The notes under the pieces were generated by a model. The model did not search any database and was not told the origin of the DNA. It saw nothing but the letters and a program-made list of their open reading frames with translations. From NCBI GenBank assembly GCA_965228855.1, contig CBDDIJ010000002.1, positions 1,088,001 through 1,152,000 of the forward strand: a DNA stretch of 64,000 nucleotides, written 5' to 3'. Made by a program: the position numbers and the translations under genes. Numbering within the stretch: position 1 is the first letter of the stretch; each line of letters begins with the position of its first letter. This DNA comes from Candidatus Obscuribacterales bacterium. GTDB taxonomy: Bacteria > Cyanobacteriota > Vampirovibrionia > Obscuribacterales > Obscuribacteraceae. Below, piece by piece: positions 20,662 through 30,984 of this stretch.

Positions 20662-21507
20662 ATGGACGATAAAACCAAATCGGCTGACGGCGAGATCGGC
20701 GAAGGCGACTCCCCCGCGCATAGAGGGGCTGACGACTCGACGGCGGAGATCATCGGCGCGGATGGCGAGGATCAGATTGTCAGTGGAGATGGTCATGATG
20801 ACGGGCAGCGCGGAATCAAACGGCTAGGACCCAAGAAGGAAGACGAGGAACCGAAGAAGGAAACCTCGATGTTGGGAGAGGTTGTTCAAACGCTGGTTAT
20901 GGCGTTTGCGATCTTTCTGGTTGTGAAGGCGTTTATCGCGGAAGCGCGCTACATACCTTCGAGTTCGATGGAGCCGACGCTGAATATAAACGACAGAATT
21001 TTAGTGGAAAAACTCACGAGCCGCTTCTTCGGCAGGCAGGTAGAGCGTGGAGATATTATTGTGTTCTTCCCGCCAACGATTGAAACGGGCGTGCCGGACA
21101 ACCCAATGCTTCAGTCGGTGGGCGGTTTGCCGTTCCTTCCGGAGGGACCGCCTGTATTTGTGAAACGAGTGGTTGGTATTCCCGGTGATACCATCGAAGT
21201 GAAGAGCGGTCAGGGTGTTTTTATCAATGGAAAAAAACTCGACGAGCCTTACGTCAAAGAACTTCCGCAGTATGACTTGAAATTGATGAGTGACATCGGC
21301 GGCATGGCGTCGACGCAGCAGTTAATTCAACCTTATGCTGACAGCAATGCACCAATTGTGGTGCCTGAAGGGCAACTGTTCATGATGGGCGACAATCGCA
21401 ACCACAGCGCCGATAGTCATGTTTGGGGCTTTCTTGAGAAGTCTAGAATCGTGGGCCGGTCTTGTGCGGTTTTCTGGCAAGATAAGTGGTTGCATTTCGG
21501 CCAGTAA
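20662..21507 (+). CDS. lepB: Signal peptidase I
   Basis: IPSSSMEPTL (Ser), VKRVVG (Lys), GDNRNHSADSHVWG. Confidence 0.95.
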   Translation: MDDKTKSADGEIGEGDSPAHRGADDSTAEIIGADGEDQIVSGDGHDDGQRGIKRLGPKKEDEEPKKETSMLGEVVQTLVMAFAIFLVVKAFIAEARYIPSSSMEPTLNINDRILVEKLTSRFFGRQVERGDIIVFFPPTIETGVPDNPMLQSVGGLPFLPEGPPVFVKRVVGIPGDTIEVKSGQGVFINGKKLDEPYVKELPQYDLKLMSDIGGMASTQQLIQPYADSNAPIVVPEGQLFMMGDNRNHSADSHVWGFLEKSRIVGRSCAVFWQDKWLHFGQ

Positions 21508-21595
21508 GCTCTGTGTCTCTTCGAGACTATCTGCTTGACCGGCCGTGGGAACGTTACTGTTCTGGTCTCTGCTGTCCTGGGGGAACGCAGGGTCC

Positions 21596-22519
21596 TCAGT
21601 GGCTCTGAGACTTACTCTGCGCGAGTTGCTTTTCGAATTTGTGTTTGTCTGAAACTGCGATCGAACAGGTCGGATCAATGCGGAGCGCCTGATCGATGTC
21701 CTCTATCGCTTGTTGGTAGTTGCCTAGCTCCGCGTTTACCTGAGCGCGACTGTGGTAGAAGTCTTCGCGGTTGCCGTTGTTCGAGATGGCTTGTGTATAG
21801 TTTTGCTCTGCCTCTCTCCATTCCTTACGCTTCTGGTGCAGGTTTCCGAGTTCGAAGTAGGCTTGAGGGCAGCTAGACTGTTTGACCGCGGTTAGCAAAT
21901 CGGCTTTCTCGTTTTCCGCGTTGCCGCGGTCGCGCCAGTAGATTGCTCTTTCGTGATAGGCCAACTCTTTGCTGTTTGAACTCGAGGAGCTTGAAATTGC
22001 CTGGGTGTAGTTTTTCTCGGCATCCGCATAGTCTTTGCGAGCTTCCGAAACGGCTGCCAGACCGGCATAGCCGGTGACGAATTTTTCTTTATCGAGGGCT
22101 TTGTTGAAGTCGTCTCTCGCGCGAGCGTAGTCGCCTTTCTTGTAGTAGATCCAGCCTCGCTCCGCATAAACCTGGTGCGCAAGGCATGCATCGCCGCAGC
22201 AGGCGAAGTTAAAAAAGCCCGGAGTTTTATCGCTAATAGCAATCGCACGGTTGATGCTGTCCAGGGCTTCATCGAGTTTTCCGGTTCGCCTCAGGCAATA
22301 CGCCAGGTTCTTTAGGCACAGTGCGTCGTCTTTGTGAATCGGCTGTGTAAGCGCTTCTTTGTATGCCGTGATGGCCTGGTCGAACTTTTGATTGCGCCGG
22401 TAGTAGTCCGCTTGCGAGTTTTGGCCGTCGTAAATACTCCAGCCAACGCCCGCCGCGAGGGGAACGACAAACAGTCCCCCAATCAAAAGTATGCGCGCCA
22501 GACTCGTCCGTTTCTGCAT
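21596..22519 (-). CDS. Membrane-anchored TPR protein
   Basis: N-terminal TM helix and multiple canonical TPRs. Confidence 0.85.
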   Translation of the reverse strand: MQKRTSLARILLIGGLFVVPLAAGVGWSIYDGQNSQADYYRRNQKFDQAITAYKEALTQPIHKDDALCLKNLAYCLRRTGKLDEALDSINRAIAISDKTPGFFNFACCGDACLAHQVYAERGWIYYKKGDYARARDDFNKALDKEKFVTGYAGLAAVSEARKDYADAEKNYTQAISSSSSSNSKELAYHERAIYWRDRGNAENEKADLLTAVKQSSCPQAYFELGNLHQKRKEWREAEQNYTQAISNNGNREDFYHSRAQVNAELGNYQQAIEDIDQALRIDPTCSIAVSDKHKFEKQLAQSKSQSH

Positions 22520-22630
22520 CTCGCAATTATATCTGAACCCTTGTCTACTATCGAATACCGTGTAAGTCGCACCCGAAAAGCCGCTATGGCACTGGGTCTA
22601 CAGCGGCGCTACTCATAACGCCGACTTCCA

Positions 22631-22686
22631 TGTCTACGACAGAATGCCGAATTCGGAGAAAAGCGTCATTCTGTCGTAGACAAAAT
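22631..22686 (-). repeat. Palindromic CTACG...CGTAG repeat, copy 3 (perfect 16-bp inverted repeat)
   Basis: TGTCTACGACAGAATG 22631-22646 / CATTCTGTCGTAGACA 22667-22682; minus strand reads TTTTGTCTACG..GAATGACGCTTTT..CGGCA..CGTAGACA. Confidence 0.85.
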
Positions 22687-22771
22687 TGACGGACCGCGTT
22701 CGCGCCTCCAAGTTTATTCCGCCCGTTAAACCGTTTTGCGAAATTGCTGGAGTGCATTACCCGGAGCCGGT

Positions 22772-25700
22772 TTAAAGCTCTGCCATGCAGGTCACCTGTG
22801 GTTTCGGGTGACGGCAGAACTGGCTGCCGCCGGACTGCAGGTGCATCAGCACAGCTGTTGTTTTCAGCAGTTGCTTTGCTGTTCGTCTGGCGTGTGGCTG
22901 ATTCGATTGCATGAGCTCGCGCAGCGGAAGTATTGCAGACATCGCTGAGGGAATCGAATATTGGCTACTGAAGGCTTTTAAACCGTTCTCGAGCGACTGC
23001 GACGAAACGTACCGGTGACTGATCGCATCAGCCGGGTTAATCTCTGCCAGGCTGCCAATCGAATCCTTTGCGATCACAGCGCTTTCGCCCGGCAATACTT
23101 TGATGCGCTTGCCGCCAGCGGTGACGCTCACGGAATTGCTGTTCTGATCGTGCAGATTGTAGACTGCAATGCCGTCGGAGAAGGCGAGCACAAGAGCGAT
23201 AGAGCCTGCACCGACCTTTACCGATCCGAATTGCGTTTCAATACATCTGTCCTTTTCCGGAGCGGCAAGAATGCTTCCCCTCTGTAGGTTGAAGCTAGAC
23301 GCGGATGTGAAGCCGGTTTCGAGGATTCCCGGGATAGCACCACTTTCGAGTTCCGTTTCGCTCTTCCAGCCTTTCTTGAATTTGGTACCAAATTCGGTGG
23401 CGGTGAGAATGGGCGACGACGAACCGGAGATTGTGTTTATCAAACCTATTTCGCCCAAGGAAAACGCGTGTGCGCCTGTCTGTCCGCCTGCAATCTCAAG
23501 GAGCATCTCGGCGTTTTGAATTTGAGAATCAAATGTGTTTGTTAAACCGACTGAAATTGCAGGTTGAATCTCAGGCAGAACCGAGAGAGAGTCATTCGAT
23601 GAAACACCCGCACTGGCTTGGCTTGCAAGCACCTGCCCGTAATTAGCACCTCGGCGCGCCACGGTATTTGTGGCGGACAGCGTCGGTGCCGGAGCGGGTG
23701 GGTCGGCCGTAATTGAGACAGCGTCGTTTACTATGATCGCGCCTGGACCTGCTTTGCCAGCACTGAAGATGACATTGCCATTGATTAGGTTTATTGTGCT
23801 CGAACCGTTAGTAGTTATGCCGTTATTGAAGAAGACCGTTCCTCCGGAACCGTTAATCGTTACGCCTGAAGGAGTTGTTCCTGTCACCAATGGTGGTGGC
23901 AAGGTTCCGATTACGAATTGCACAGTACCTCCGCCGATAGAAGTTGAAAAGCTTGCGACAGAAGACAGAAAGCCCAGAGTGATAGAGGAGCCTTTCCCCT
24001 TGCCCAGGTTGTTGAGCGTGATTTCGCCATCGGTGGAAGTTATGCTGGCAAATGAGTTTAGATTCATGGCGCCACCGCCAGTGATGATAGTCACTGACTT
24101 GCCCGTCACTCCGGCGATGTTGATTCCGGCTGATGCCGAGATGTTGACGTCTCCTCCGCCTGCTACAGTTCCCAATTCCAGCGTTGTTTTCTTTGCCAGG
24201 CTTGCGATGTTGATGGCGCCGGATGAGCCAGCAAAAGCATTCGCTATTAGGTTAGTCGTTTGAACTGCCAGGGGCACGGCGCTGCTACCCAACGCGCCTC
24301 CTAGACTACTATCAAAGTTGACGGAACTTGCCGGACTTTCAGTGGTCAGGATTTTCACCTTTGTAGATGCTTGAGTGATATCTCCTGCTACCGCCTGCAG
24401 AGCGATTGAATTGGTTGATTTTGTTGAGCCTATGCTGGTGTTTAAGACAATTGCACCACTCTTTATGGCGATGGTCAGAGCCGAACTCAGTTTTGCGTTG
24501 ACGGTCACAAGATCGTCTGAAGTCAAAGATACGTTGCCTTTAGAGGTGCTCTCCACAAAATTGAGAGGACCAGCTGCCGAATTATTCGCGCTCACGTCGC
24601 CTGCGGCGTTCAGCGAGAGGTTGATTGCAGCGGTCTTGATGGGGGTGGCGAGACTTCCGATAGTTCCGGCGTCTGCAAACAAAACAATCGTGCCTGCAGA
24701 TAGCCCGCTCGAGGCCGGATCGTTCTGTATGGAAGAGCCAGCTCCTTTGCCTGTGCTTATTTCAATTTTGCCGTCATTACTGGTAGTGACACTTCCGGCT
24801 GCACCGAGGTTGATGATACTGTCGACCCCGGTGCTTGTGAGTATGACATTGAAACCGCTGATAGCGTTGTTGATCTGAATTGCGCCGGTCGATTCGAAAA
24901 TAAACTCTCCGGCGGTAGAGCCGGAAGCGCCCAGAGTGACCGCGGCCGCAGTATTGGAGAGGTTTACGCTGTCGCCACCATTGGCGGTGATGGTTTGAGC
25001 GCTGACGCCGAGTGCCTTCTTGCCGCCAATCACTCCGGTTTGCGTCGAGAGATTGAGGGTATTCGCTGTAATCGATTTCTTGCTTGTAATATCACCGGTG
25101 CCTGTAACGGTCAAAGTGATCTGGCTGGTAGTCGCGTTGCCCAGTACGTTGCCGAGAGTTATACTTCCATTGTTCGCACTGAATGCGATACTATCGAAAC
25201 CGAGAAGATCTCTTGAGAGTGTCACACCGCCACCATTATTGGTGACAGTCAGGTCGCCGGCTGAGCTGCCATTGGCTATCACGGTACCAAGAATTGCGTT
25301 TGTGCCCTTCTTCGCGCCGAACTCAAAGGCAGTGGAACTGTTGGATTGAAGAACCACATTGCCACTTGCTCCGCTATTGCTGCCACCGCTCACGTCGAGA
25401 TCGCCTGTGATTAGAAGGGCTCCTGGTCCGCTCTCGCCGGCAACCAGCGTGACATTAGTGCCGCCGGCGTCAGCCGCGAACGGGCTGATATTCAGTGCGT
25501 TTGTAGCGACGGACAGGTTGCCGCCGGTTATGATACTGACGTTGCTTTGTGAGAGGATTTGGCTTCCGGCGCTGATTGAGAACTGTCCGTTAGCTGTTCC
25601 GATCGTCAACGGCGCCGTGCCCAGCTGATGCAGCGATAGGGAGCCGGCTCCGTCCCCCTGTCTCACACTTAAATTGACATTCTGTGTCGCGTCCGCGACC

Positions 25701-28700
25701 AGTTGTCCGGCTTCGATTGATATAACTCCGCCTGTTCCGAGGGCGGTAGTGCCGGCGTGAACGGCGCCGTTGCTGATGGTGACAATCTGGTTTGCTGCTG
25801 CTTTGAAGTTGATGTTTCCGCCGTTGGCTCCAAACGATCCGGTGGCGGAAAGCAGATAATCACTTCCTAGCGAAACGTTTGTTTGTCCGCCACGAAGTTC
25901 GAGTGTGATCGAACCGCCGGCGCCTCCGTCGATGCCGTCAGCATAGAGCGCTAGAGGAGCCAACCCCGTGATGGAAATGTCGCTTGCTTTGAGGGTCAGG
26001 GCACCGCCGTTGAAACCGGAAGTCCCTTGCACGCTCAACAAATTGGTGGGCAAGTGGATGTCTCCATTACCGGCGTCAAAGAAGAGAGTTCCGCCTCTGC
26101 CGTTGCCGGGCGCGTAAAGGATGTTGCTTAGCGAGTTGATGTTGATGTCTTGATTTGAGATGAGGTAGATTGTTCCACCGTTCGTTGTTCCGTTTGCCGA
26201 GATCGAGTTGACGGAGTTTGTGCCGGCGCTGCCGATGTTGAGCGTGGTGCTGCCGAGCGCAGTTATATAAGCTGTTCCGCCGCTGCCGGATGGAGAGGAG
26301 GCCGTTAGATTGTTGAGGTGGACGTTGTTGCCCGCGAGGACATAAATGCCGGCTCCGACGGCTTTGAGGTCGTTTGCTGATATATCGGCGGTATTCAACG
26401 TCGAGGTAGTGTTAAACGGATCGCCAGAGAAAATCTGGGCTACCTGTAGACTGATGTTTATGTTGCCTGATGGCGCTACATATGGTTGTGCTGTCTGCAG
26501 CTGCACTCCACCGGGACCGAGTGCAGGCAATGGGCTGGGATTCGAACCGGTAGAGTCGATATCTCCTACCGATATGGCGGTTCCTGAGGTTTTGCCGGCC
26601 ACAATTTTGACTGTTCCATCGAGGCCGCTGCCGTTTGTTCCTGAAAGGATCGGCACATTGGTAGGAACCCTGATGTCGCCGGAGTTGTCACTGCCTGCGA
26701 ACGCTGCGAGCGTGATACCGAATGTGGAACCAGTTGTAACTGGTGCGCTGCGAAGTTCCGTTATCGGATTTGTTTCAAAATCGATTTTCCCTCCGGTCGC
26801 GGATGCGCCGGTTATGCTTACGCTGTCGCCGTTTGTGGTGAATTCGGCTCCGGCAAAAATGGTCAATGCACCGCTCTGCAGAGTTGTTGCTGAAGTTTTA
26901 ATCGCCAATCCGGGAGCCGCGGATACAATGTCATGGCCGGAGAACATGCCGATGCCGCCTGGCGCTAGAACATCACCGTAAAGGGAAATTGTGTCGCCTG
27001 CGGCAAGACCAATACCGAGAGATGTGGCGGTTGACTGCAGAACGCCGAGAGCGTCTATTGTCGAATCCGTAGCAACTGAGATTCTGCCCGATGACATGAC
27101 ATCGCCGTTGATCACGATGTCCGCATTGCCAGGGTTCACAAAGCTTCCGACCAGGAAGTTGCCGGTCGTAATCGCGCCAGCCGAGTTGATGGTCATTACG
27201 GTGGACGAGTTTCCCAGAAATTCGGGATTTCCGTTGGAGATGAAGACGTTGCCGGCGCCGGTTCCGCCACTGTGACTGATACTACCGATGTTGATTCCAA
27301 TCCCTGAAGTTGCGCCGGCGGCGATTGAAACTAAACCATTTACGCCAGTGCCATTGCCGCTGGCGTCGATATTGCTTCCACTTGGAAGGAGTATGTTGCC
27401 TGTGCTTGCGTTGATGCCGTATGCCGCCAGGATTATGTTTCCTCCGGCATTGTTCCCTGCTGTGGAGTTGCTGTTGATTGCTAATGTTGCACCAGCACTG
27501 TTGAAATCGATGCTGCCGCCGGTGGCGCTAGCGCCTGTGAAGGAGATGCTGCCGGTCGTTGGTGTACCGGGAGGGAGTGAGGTCGTCTGTTCGGCCAGGT
27601 TGCCTGTGACGTTGGCGCCGGCGACGATAGTGATATCGTAACCCTTGCCTGCGCCATCCTGGGCTTGAATCAGGCTGACTCCTGAGGTCGCGACGATGCT
27701 TCCACTTGCTACGATGGCGAGTGCTTCTCCGACCGAGATGTCACCGGTCAAAGTGATGTTGCCTGCAGCGTTGAAGTAGGTGGGATCACCGGTCAAGCAT
27801 TGCTGGCCTATGATGAGATTATCCGTATTGGCATTGACATGAACAGCGGTGCCCGATGAAACAACTTCGCCGGTAAGTTTTTCTACATTGACATCGGCCA
27901 AGCCATTTCCGGCATTGATCAACAATCTGCGCGAAAGGAGATCGCCACCACTGATGGTGGTATTGGCTGAACCGGTGTAGGCTGCGGATCTGAGGGCTAT
28001 GTCTCCGTTGGATGCGGAGAGCACGCCTCCGTTGTTTTCGACATGAAGGGGCTGTGAGTTAAATGAGTCTAGAACGATGTTTCCGGACTGCGATGAGATT
28101 GTTCCGCTGTTGGATATGTTTTTAGATTCAAGTGATATGTCGTGCACAGCCGAGATGTTTCCGCCGTGATTGCTTAGATTGCCACCGGATTTGATGGCAA
28201 GACTGCCGGAGCTGCTAATCGTGCCCGCGTTGTCGAAATCAGCCAAAGTGGACATGGTGAGGTCAACTGTCGATGCTCTGGAGCGGTCGATAGTTGTTAT
28301 CGTTCCGGTTGCCTGGTTGTCGATGCTCTGGGCGGATATGACTGCCTGTCCGCTGTTGCCGCGAACGGTTTGGCTCACAGTTCCGTAGTTGATGAGGTTG
28401 CCAGAAATGTCTATTTGCGAGCGGCTGTTGACTCTATCAACTGATTGAACAGCTTCCGGGATGACCACGTTGTGGATTGAATTTGCCTGTCGGCCGCTTG
28501 TTAGGTTTGAAAGCGAGAATGTGCCACCTGTAGCCTTACCGCTTTGGTCAACTGTGAGCGTCTGTCCTCTGCCCGTTTGTGCCTGTTGGAATGAAACAAA
28601 CTCTGCAGCGGAAACGCTGTCACCCTGTTGGATGGTCTTTATTGAGTCTCCCACCTGAATGGTGACGGACGGACCGCGCCTGAACATATCTTGCTGGATC

Positions 28701-28987
28701 ACAATGGAAGCGAGGCTTGAACTGAGATCTAGATCGATCGGTGTTACCGAAGGGGCACTGTATGTGTTTATGACCGGCTGGTTGCGGCTTTCGTTTCTCA
28801 AATTCAGACGAGCCTGCGCGTTCTGCAGTTTCAAATTGTGGAAACCTACATGCGGCACGCGACCTTGGCGATCGAACTGATTGTCGTGTGCTAGTGCCGG
28901 CGCGGCAAATTGCTGGATTAGCACAGCCGAAGAGAACAGTTTCACTCCAAGCGAAAGCGACGTATCTTTATTCATAGATAACTCCAA
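22772..28987 (-). CDS. Giant secreted beta-solenoid (haemagglutinin-like) surface protein with FecR-like C-terminal domain
   Basis: 2071 aa; signal ending ALA; G/S/T/N-rich GGxIxL repeats; N- and C-terminal blocks shared with 49330-56931. Confidence 0.8.
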   Translation of the reverse strand: MELSMNKDTSLSLGVKLFSSAVLIQQFAAPALAHDNQFDRQGRVPHVGFHNLKLQNAQARLNLRNESRNQPVINTYSAPSVTPIDLDLSSSLASIVIQQDMFRRGPSVTIQVGDSIKTIQQGDSVSAAEFVSFQQAQTGRGQTLTVDQSGKATGGTFSLSNLTSGRQANSIHNVVIPEAVQSVDRVNSRSQIDISGNLINYGTVSQTVRGNSGQAVISAQSIDNQATGTITTIDRSRASTVDLTMSTLADFDNAGTISSSGSLAIKSGGNLSNHGGNISAVHDISLESKNISNSGTISSQSGNIVLDSFNSQPLHVENNGGVLSASNGDIALRSAAYTGSANTTISGGDLLSRRLLINAGNGLADVNVEKLTGEVVSSGTAVHVNANTDNLIIGQQCLTGDPTYFNAAGNITLTGDISVGEALAIVASGSIVATSGVSLIQAQDGAGKGYDITIVAGANVTGNLAEQTTSLPPGTPTTGSISFTGASATGGSIDFNSAGATLAINSNSTAGNNAGGNIILAAYGINASTGNILLPSGSNIDASGNGTGVNGLVSIAAGATSGIGINIGSISHSGGTGAGNVFISNGNPEFLGNSSTVMTINSAGAITTGNFLVGSFVNPGNADIVINGDVMSSGRISVATDSTIDALGVLQSTATSLGIGLAAGDTISLYGDVLAPGGIGMFSGHDIVSAAPGLAIKTSATTLQSGALTIFAGAEFTTNGDSVSITGASATGGKIDFETNPITELRSAPVTTGSTFGITLAAFAGSDNSGDIRVPTNVPILSGTNGSGLDGTVKIVAGKTSGTAISVGDIDSTGSNPSPLPALGPGGVQLQTAQPYVAPSGNINISLQVAQIFSGDPFNTTSTLNTADISANDLKAVGAGIYVLAGNNVHLNNLTASSPSGSGGTAYITALGSTTLNIGSAGTNSVNSISANGTTNGGTIYLISNQDININSLSNILYAPGNGRGGTLFFDAGNGDIHLPTNLLSVQGTSGFNGGALTLKASDISITGLAPLALYADGIDGGAGGSITLELRGGQTNVSLGSDYLLSATGSFGANGGNINFKAAANQIVTISNGAVHAGTTALGTGGVISIEAGQLVADATQNVNLSVRQGDGAGSLSLHQLGTAPLTIGTANGQFSISAGSQILSQSNVSIITGGNLSVATNALNISPFAADAGGTNVTLVAGESGPGALLITGDLDVSGGSNSGASGNVVLQSNSSTAFEFGAKKGTNAILGTVIANGSSAGDLTVTNNGGGVTLSRDLLGFDSIAFSANNGSITLGNVLGNATTSQITLTVTGTGDITSKKSITANTLNLSTQTGVIGGKKALGVSAQTITANGGDSVNLSNTAAAVTLGASGSTAGEFIFESTGAIQINNAISGFNVILTSTGVDSIINLGAAGSVTTSNDGKIEISTGKGAGSSIQNDPASSGLSAGTIVLFADAGTIGSLATPIKTAAINLSLNAAGDVSANNSAAGPLNFVESTSKGNVSLTSDDLVTVNAKLSSALTIAIKSGAIVLNTSIGSTKSTNSIALQAVAGDITQASTKVKILTTESPASSVNFDSSLGGALGSSAVPLAVQTTNLIANAFAGSSGAINIASLAKKTTLELGTVAGGGDVNISASAGINIAGVTGKSVTIITGGGAMNLNSFASITSTDGEITLNNLGKGKGSSITLGFLSSVASFSTSIGGGTVQFVIGTLPPPLVTGTTPSGVTINGSGGTVFFNNGITTNGSSTINLINGNVIFSAGKAGPGAIIVNDAVSITADPPAPAPTLSATNTVARRGANYGQVLASQASAGVSSNDSLSVLPEIQPAISVGLTNTFDSQIQNAEMLLEIAGGQTGAHAFSLGEIGLINTISGSSSPILTATEFGTKFKKGWKSETELESGAIPGILETGFTSASSFNLQRGSILAAPEKDRCIETQFGSVKVGAGSIALVLAFSDGIAVYNLHDQNSNSVSVTAGGKRIKVLPGESAVIAKDSIGSLAEINPADAISHRYVSSQSLENGLKAFSSQYSIPSAMSAILPLRELMQSNQPHARRTAKQLLKTTAVLMHLQSGGSQFCRHPKPQVTCMAEL

Positions 28988-29096
28988 TTAAAACTGCCCC
29001 AATCGCCGTGACTCGGACACAGGGTGCCCAGGCGAGATTGAGGTGGTGAGCGCAACGTGCAGATTATATTACTATGTCGCGAAACTTTCAAAACTA

Positions 29097-29180
29097 CTAC
29101 TATAGAGCTCCGCACAAGACGTGACTCGAAACAGGGCTGCTACTATAGAGCTCCGCACAAGACGTGACTCGAAACAGGGC
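29097..29180. repeat. Perfect 41-bp tandem duplication (period 43)
   Basis: CTACTATAGAGCTCCGCACAAGACGTGACTCGAAACAGGGC at 29097 and 29140. Confidence 0.95.
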
Positions 29181-29224
29181 ATACGCCGAGACTCACACTC
29201 CTCGCCCTCCTTCGCGGCATTCGA

Positions 29225-29279
29225 TTGTCTACGACCGAATGCCGGAATTCGCGAAATCCGTCGCTCTCCCGTAGCCAAA
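29225..29279 (-). repeat. Palindromic CTACG...CGTAG repeat, copy 4
   Basis: Minus strand TTTGGCTACG...GACGGATTTCGCGAATTCCGGCATTCGGTCGTAGACAA. Confidence 0.85.
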
Positions 29280-29389
29280 GCCCGTCTTTTCGAGGCAACC
29301 GAGGAGGTTAAAACGTCGAAAGCCCATCTAGGCGTGCGCGGACGGCTTTGTGAGTATATGTCGGCATATAGTAGGCGGGGTGTGAGGGG

Positions 29390-29412
29390 CAGGAAGCCGG
29401 AAAGGCTTCCTG
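29390..29412 (-). terminator. Hairpin ending the GC-rich operon (C-rich tail)
   Basis: CAGGAAGCC/GGCTTCCTG 9-bp stem just after the stop at 29423. Confidence 0.5.
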
Positions 29413-29422
29413 GTATTGCGTT

Positions 29423-29746
29423 TCATTCGTGGTCGGGCTTCAGGAAGATCCTGTTCGACCAGAAGCTTGCGGTTGTGAGACCGAGGGCACTGCCGCTGGC
29501 CATAGCCAGAAGCGTCATGGCAGTGTAGCCTGCGATGTAGGGATTCAACCCGATAGCGGAGAGCGCGTCGATGAGGACCTCGGACTCCTGTGCGTAGAAG
29601 ATAAGTCCGAGGTTGATGTACGCGATGGAGAGCCAAGTCACGAGGGGAGGAATCGGCCCGCGCGATGCGACGGATTTGCTGATCAGGATGCCGGCGACGA
29701 AACCAGCGCACGCAAACAGGAGAATGGCGATGTTGAGCTCGTTCAT
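29423..29746 (-). CDS. Small three-TM hypothetical membrane protein
   Basis: AAGGA RBS; three hydrophobic segments. Confidence 0.7.
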   Translation of the reverse strand: MNELNIAILLFACAGFVAGILISKSVASRGPIPPLVTWLSIAYINLGLIFYAQESEVLIDALSAIGLNPYIAGYTAMTLLAMASGSALGLTTASFWSNRIFLKPDHE

Positions 29747-29781
29747 GAACGTTTTCCTTGTTCTCGCGTTGAAGCAGTTGC

Positions 29782-30207
29782 TTAGCCGTGGAATGCCGGC
29801 TGTCTCGTATACTCGAGCCAGACGTTGATCTGCCCGTCGTCGTTGGCGTACGGGTTGATCTCCATCCGGATGCCCTGCGCCGCCAGCCGCTCGGTGGCAG
29901 CCGCCAGCACGCCGGGCGTCGGGTAGAAGTTGATGTACTGGTTGGTGCCCTTCGAGATCGTGCCGCTGCAGGTGCGACGGGCGAGTTCGGCGGCCATGTC
30001 GTCGACCCAGGCGAGCGGGTCGGTCGACTTGCCGGAGGCGGCGTGCTTGGCGAGAGCCGTGTGCACGACCGGGTCGAAGCGCGTGTTGATGTAGACGATG
30101 AGCTCATCGGGACCGCAACGGCGAGCGCTGCGTTCGATGGTGACGGGGTTGACGAGGACGCGCAGGTGTTTGACACCTGTGGGTTCGCCGATGGTTGCTA
30201 CAAACAT
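29782..30207 (-). CDS. Hypothetical protein (GC-rich operon)
   Basis: GGAAAGG RBS before ATG 30207 (MFVATIGE); strong C/G codon-ending bias. Confidence 0.7.
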   Translation of the reverse strand: MFVATIGEPTGVKHLRVLVNPVTIERSARRCGPDELIVYINTRFDPVVHTALAKHAASGKSTDPLAWVDDMAAELARRTCSGTISKGTNQYINFYPTPGVLAAATERLAAQGIRMEINPYANDDGQINVWLEYTRQPAFHG

Positions 30208-30255
30208 GGCATTACCTTTCCTGTTTGAATGCCGTATAAGCTGCGCAGGCGCTGA

Positions 30256-30290
30256 GCAGAGAGGAGGCGACCGAAGCCGCCCCCTCTCTT
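30256..30290 (-). other. Intergenic hairpin with a cUUCGg tetraloop
   Basis: Minus strand GAGAGGGGCGGC-TTCG-GTCGCCTCCTCTC. Confidence 0.6.
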
Positions 30291-30312
30291 GTCTCAACGG
30301 CTCATGCTGTTT

Positions 30313-30960
30313 TCAGAACAGCGTGAGCTGGTCCGGGTGGACCTTCTGCTTGCGGCGCCGAGTGCGCGGCTTTGCGAAGGTTCCGGTGGGCGGAACCTGC
30401 GCCGTCTTCGCCGCGACTGCCGGGGCGGAGGTGGTCACCGTCACGGTCACTGTCACCGTCGCCGGGGCTTCGGTGCTCTCCGGTGCCGTGGACGCGGTCG
30501 GTTTCGCCACTGGAGCGACGTCCGTCTTCGTCTCGACCGGCTTGACGACAGGCGCAGCAGCCTTCGTCGTCTCGGGTTTCGCTGCCAGCGCCGGCGCCTT
30601 CATCGTGAAGTTGCAGCCCCAGGTGCCGTCTGCGCGGACCCTGGCGGTCTGGTTCTTCAGTTGGGCGATGGCGTCGAAGCAACGGCGCGCCTTGATGGGG
30701 CGCTCGTCGAACGAGTCGTAGCGAACATCGCTGTCCGCCACAACGTTGAGGCGAAACGTCCGCCACTTCTTGCCGTCGAAGATGGCGGAGCGGAACTGCC
30801 CGGACCACACTCGAGCGCCAGGCTTGAGGTGGCACCAGAGCTTCATGTCGCCGACCTTGGCATTGCGCTGAACCAGCTCCCGTGACGGAAAGATTTCCGC
30901 CAGGGCACCAGTCACGAGCGTTCTGCCGGTCAGCACGATCGGTTCTTTGCTGTCTTTCAT
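30313..30960 (-). CDS. Hypothetical protein with A/T/P-rich linker, basic patch and C-terminal QLTLF
   Basis: AAGGAG RBS; 215 aa; codon bias matches neighbours. Confidence 0.75.
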   Translation of the reverse strand: MKDSKEPIVLTGRTLVTGALAEIFPSRELVQRNAKVGDMKLWCHLKPGARVWSGQFRSAIFDGKKWRTFRLNVVADSDVRYDSFDERPIKARRCFDAIAQLKNQTARVRADGTWGCNFTMKAPALAAKPETTKAAAPVVKPVETKTDVAPVAKPTASTAPESTEAPATVTVTVTVTTSAPAVAAKTAQVPPTGTFAKPRTRRRKQKVHPDQLTLF

Positions 30961-30984
30961 AGATGCTCCTTTCTTTTTTTGGAG

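Noticed and set aside
22631..22686. Simple terminator for the giant gene
   Set aside because: It may act as one, but there is no U tract on the minus strand and its homology to the dispersed family needs its own explanation
22772..28987. CdiA/TpsA or autotransporter assignment (also 49330-56931)
   Set aside because: No NPNG TPS motif, VENN motif, adjacent TpsB or C-terminal barrel signature seen
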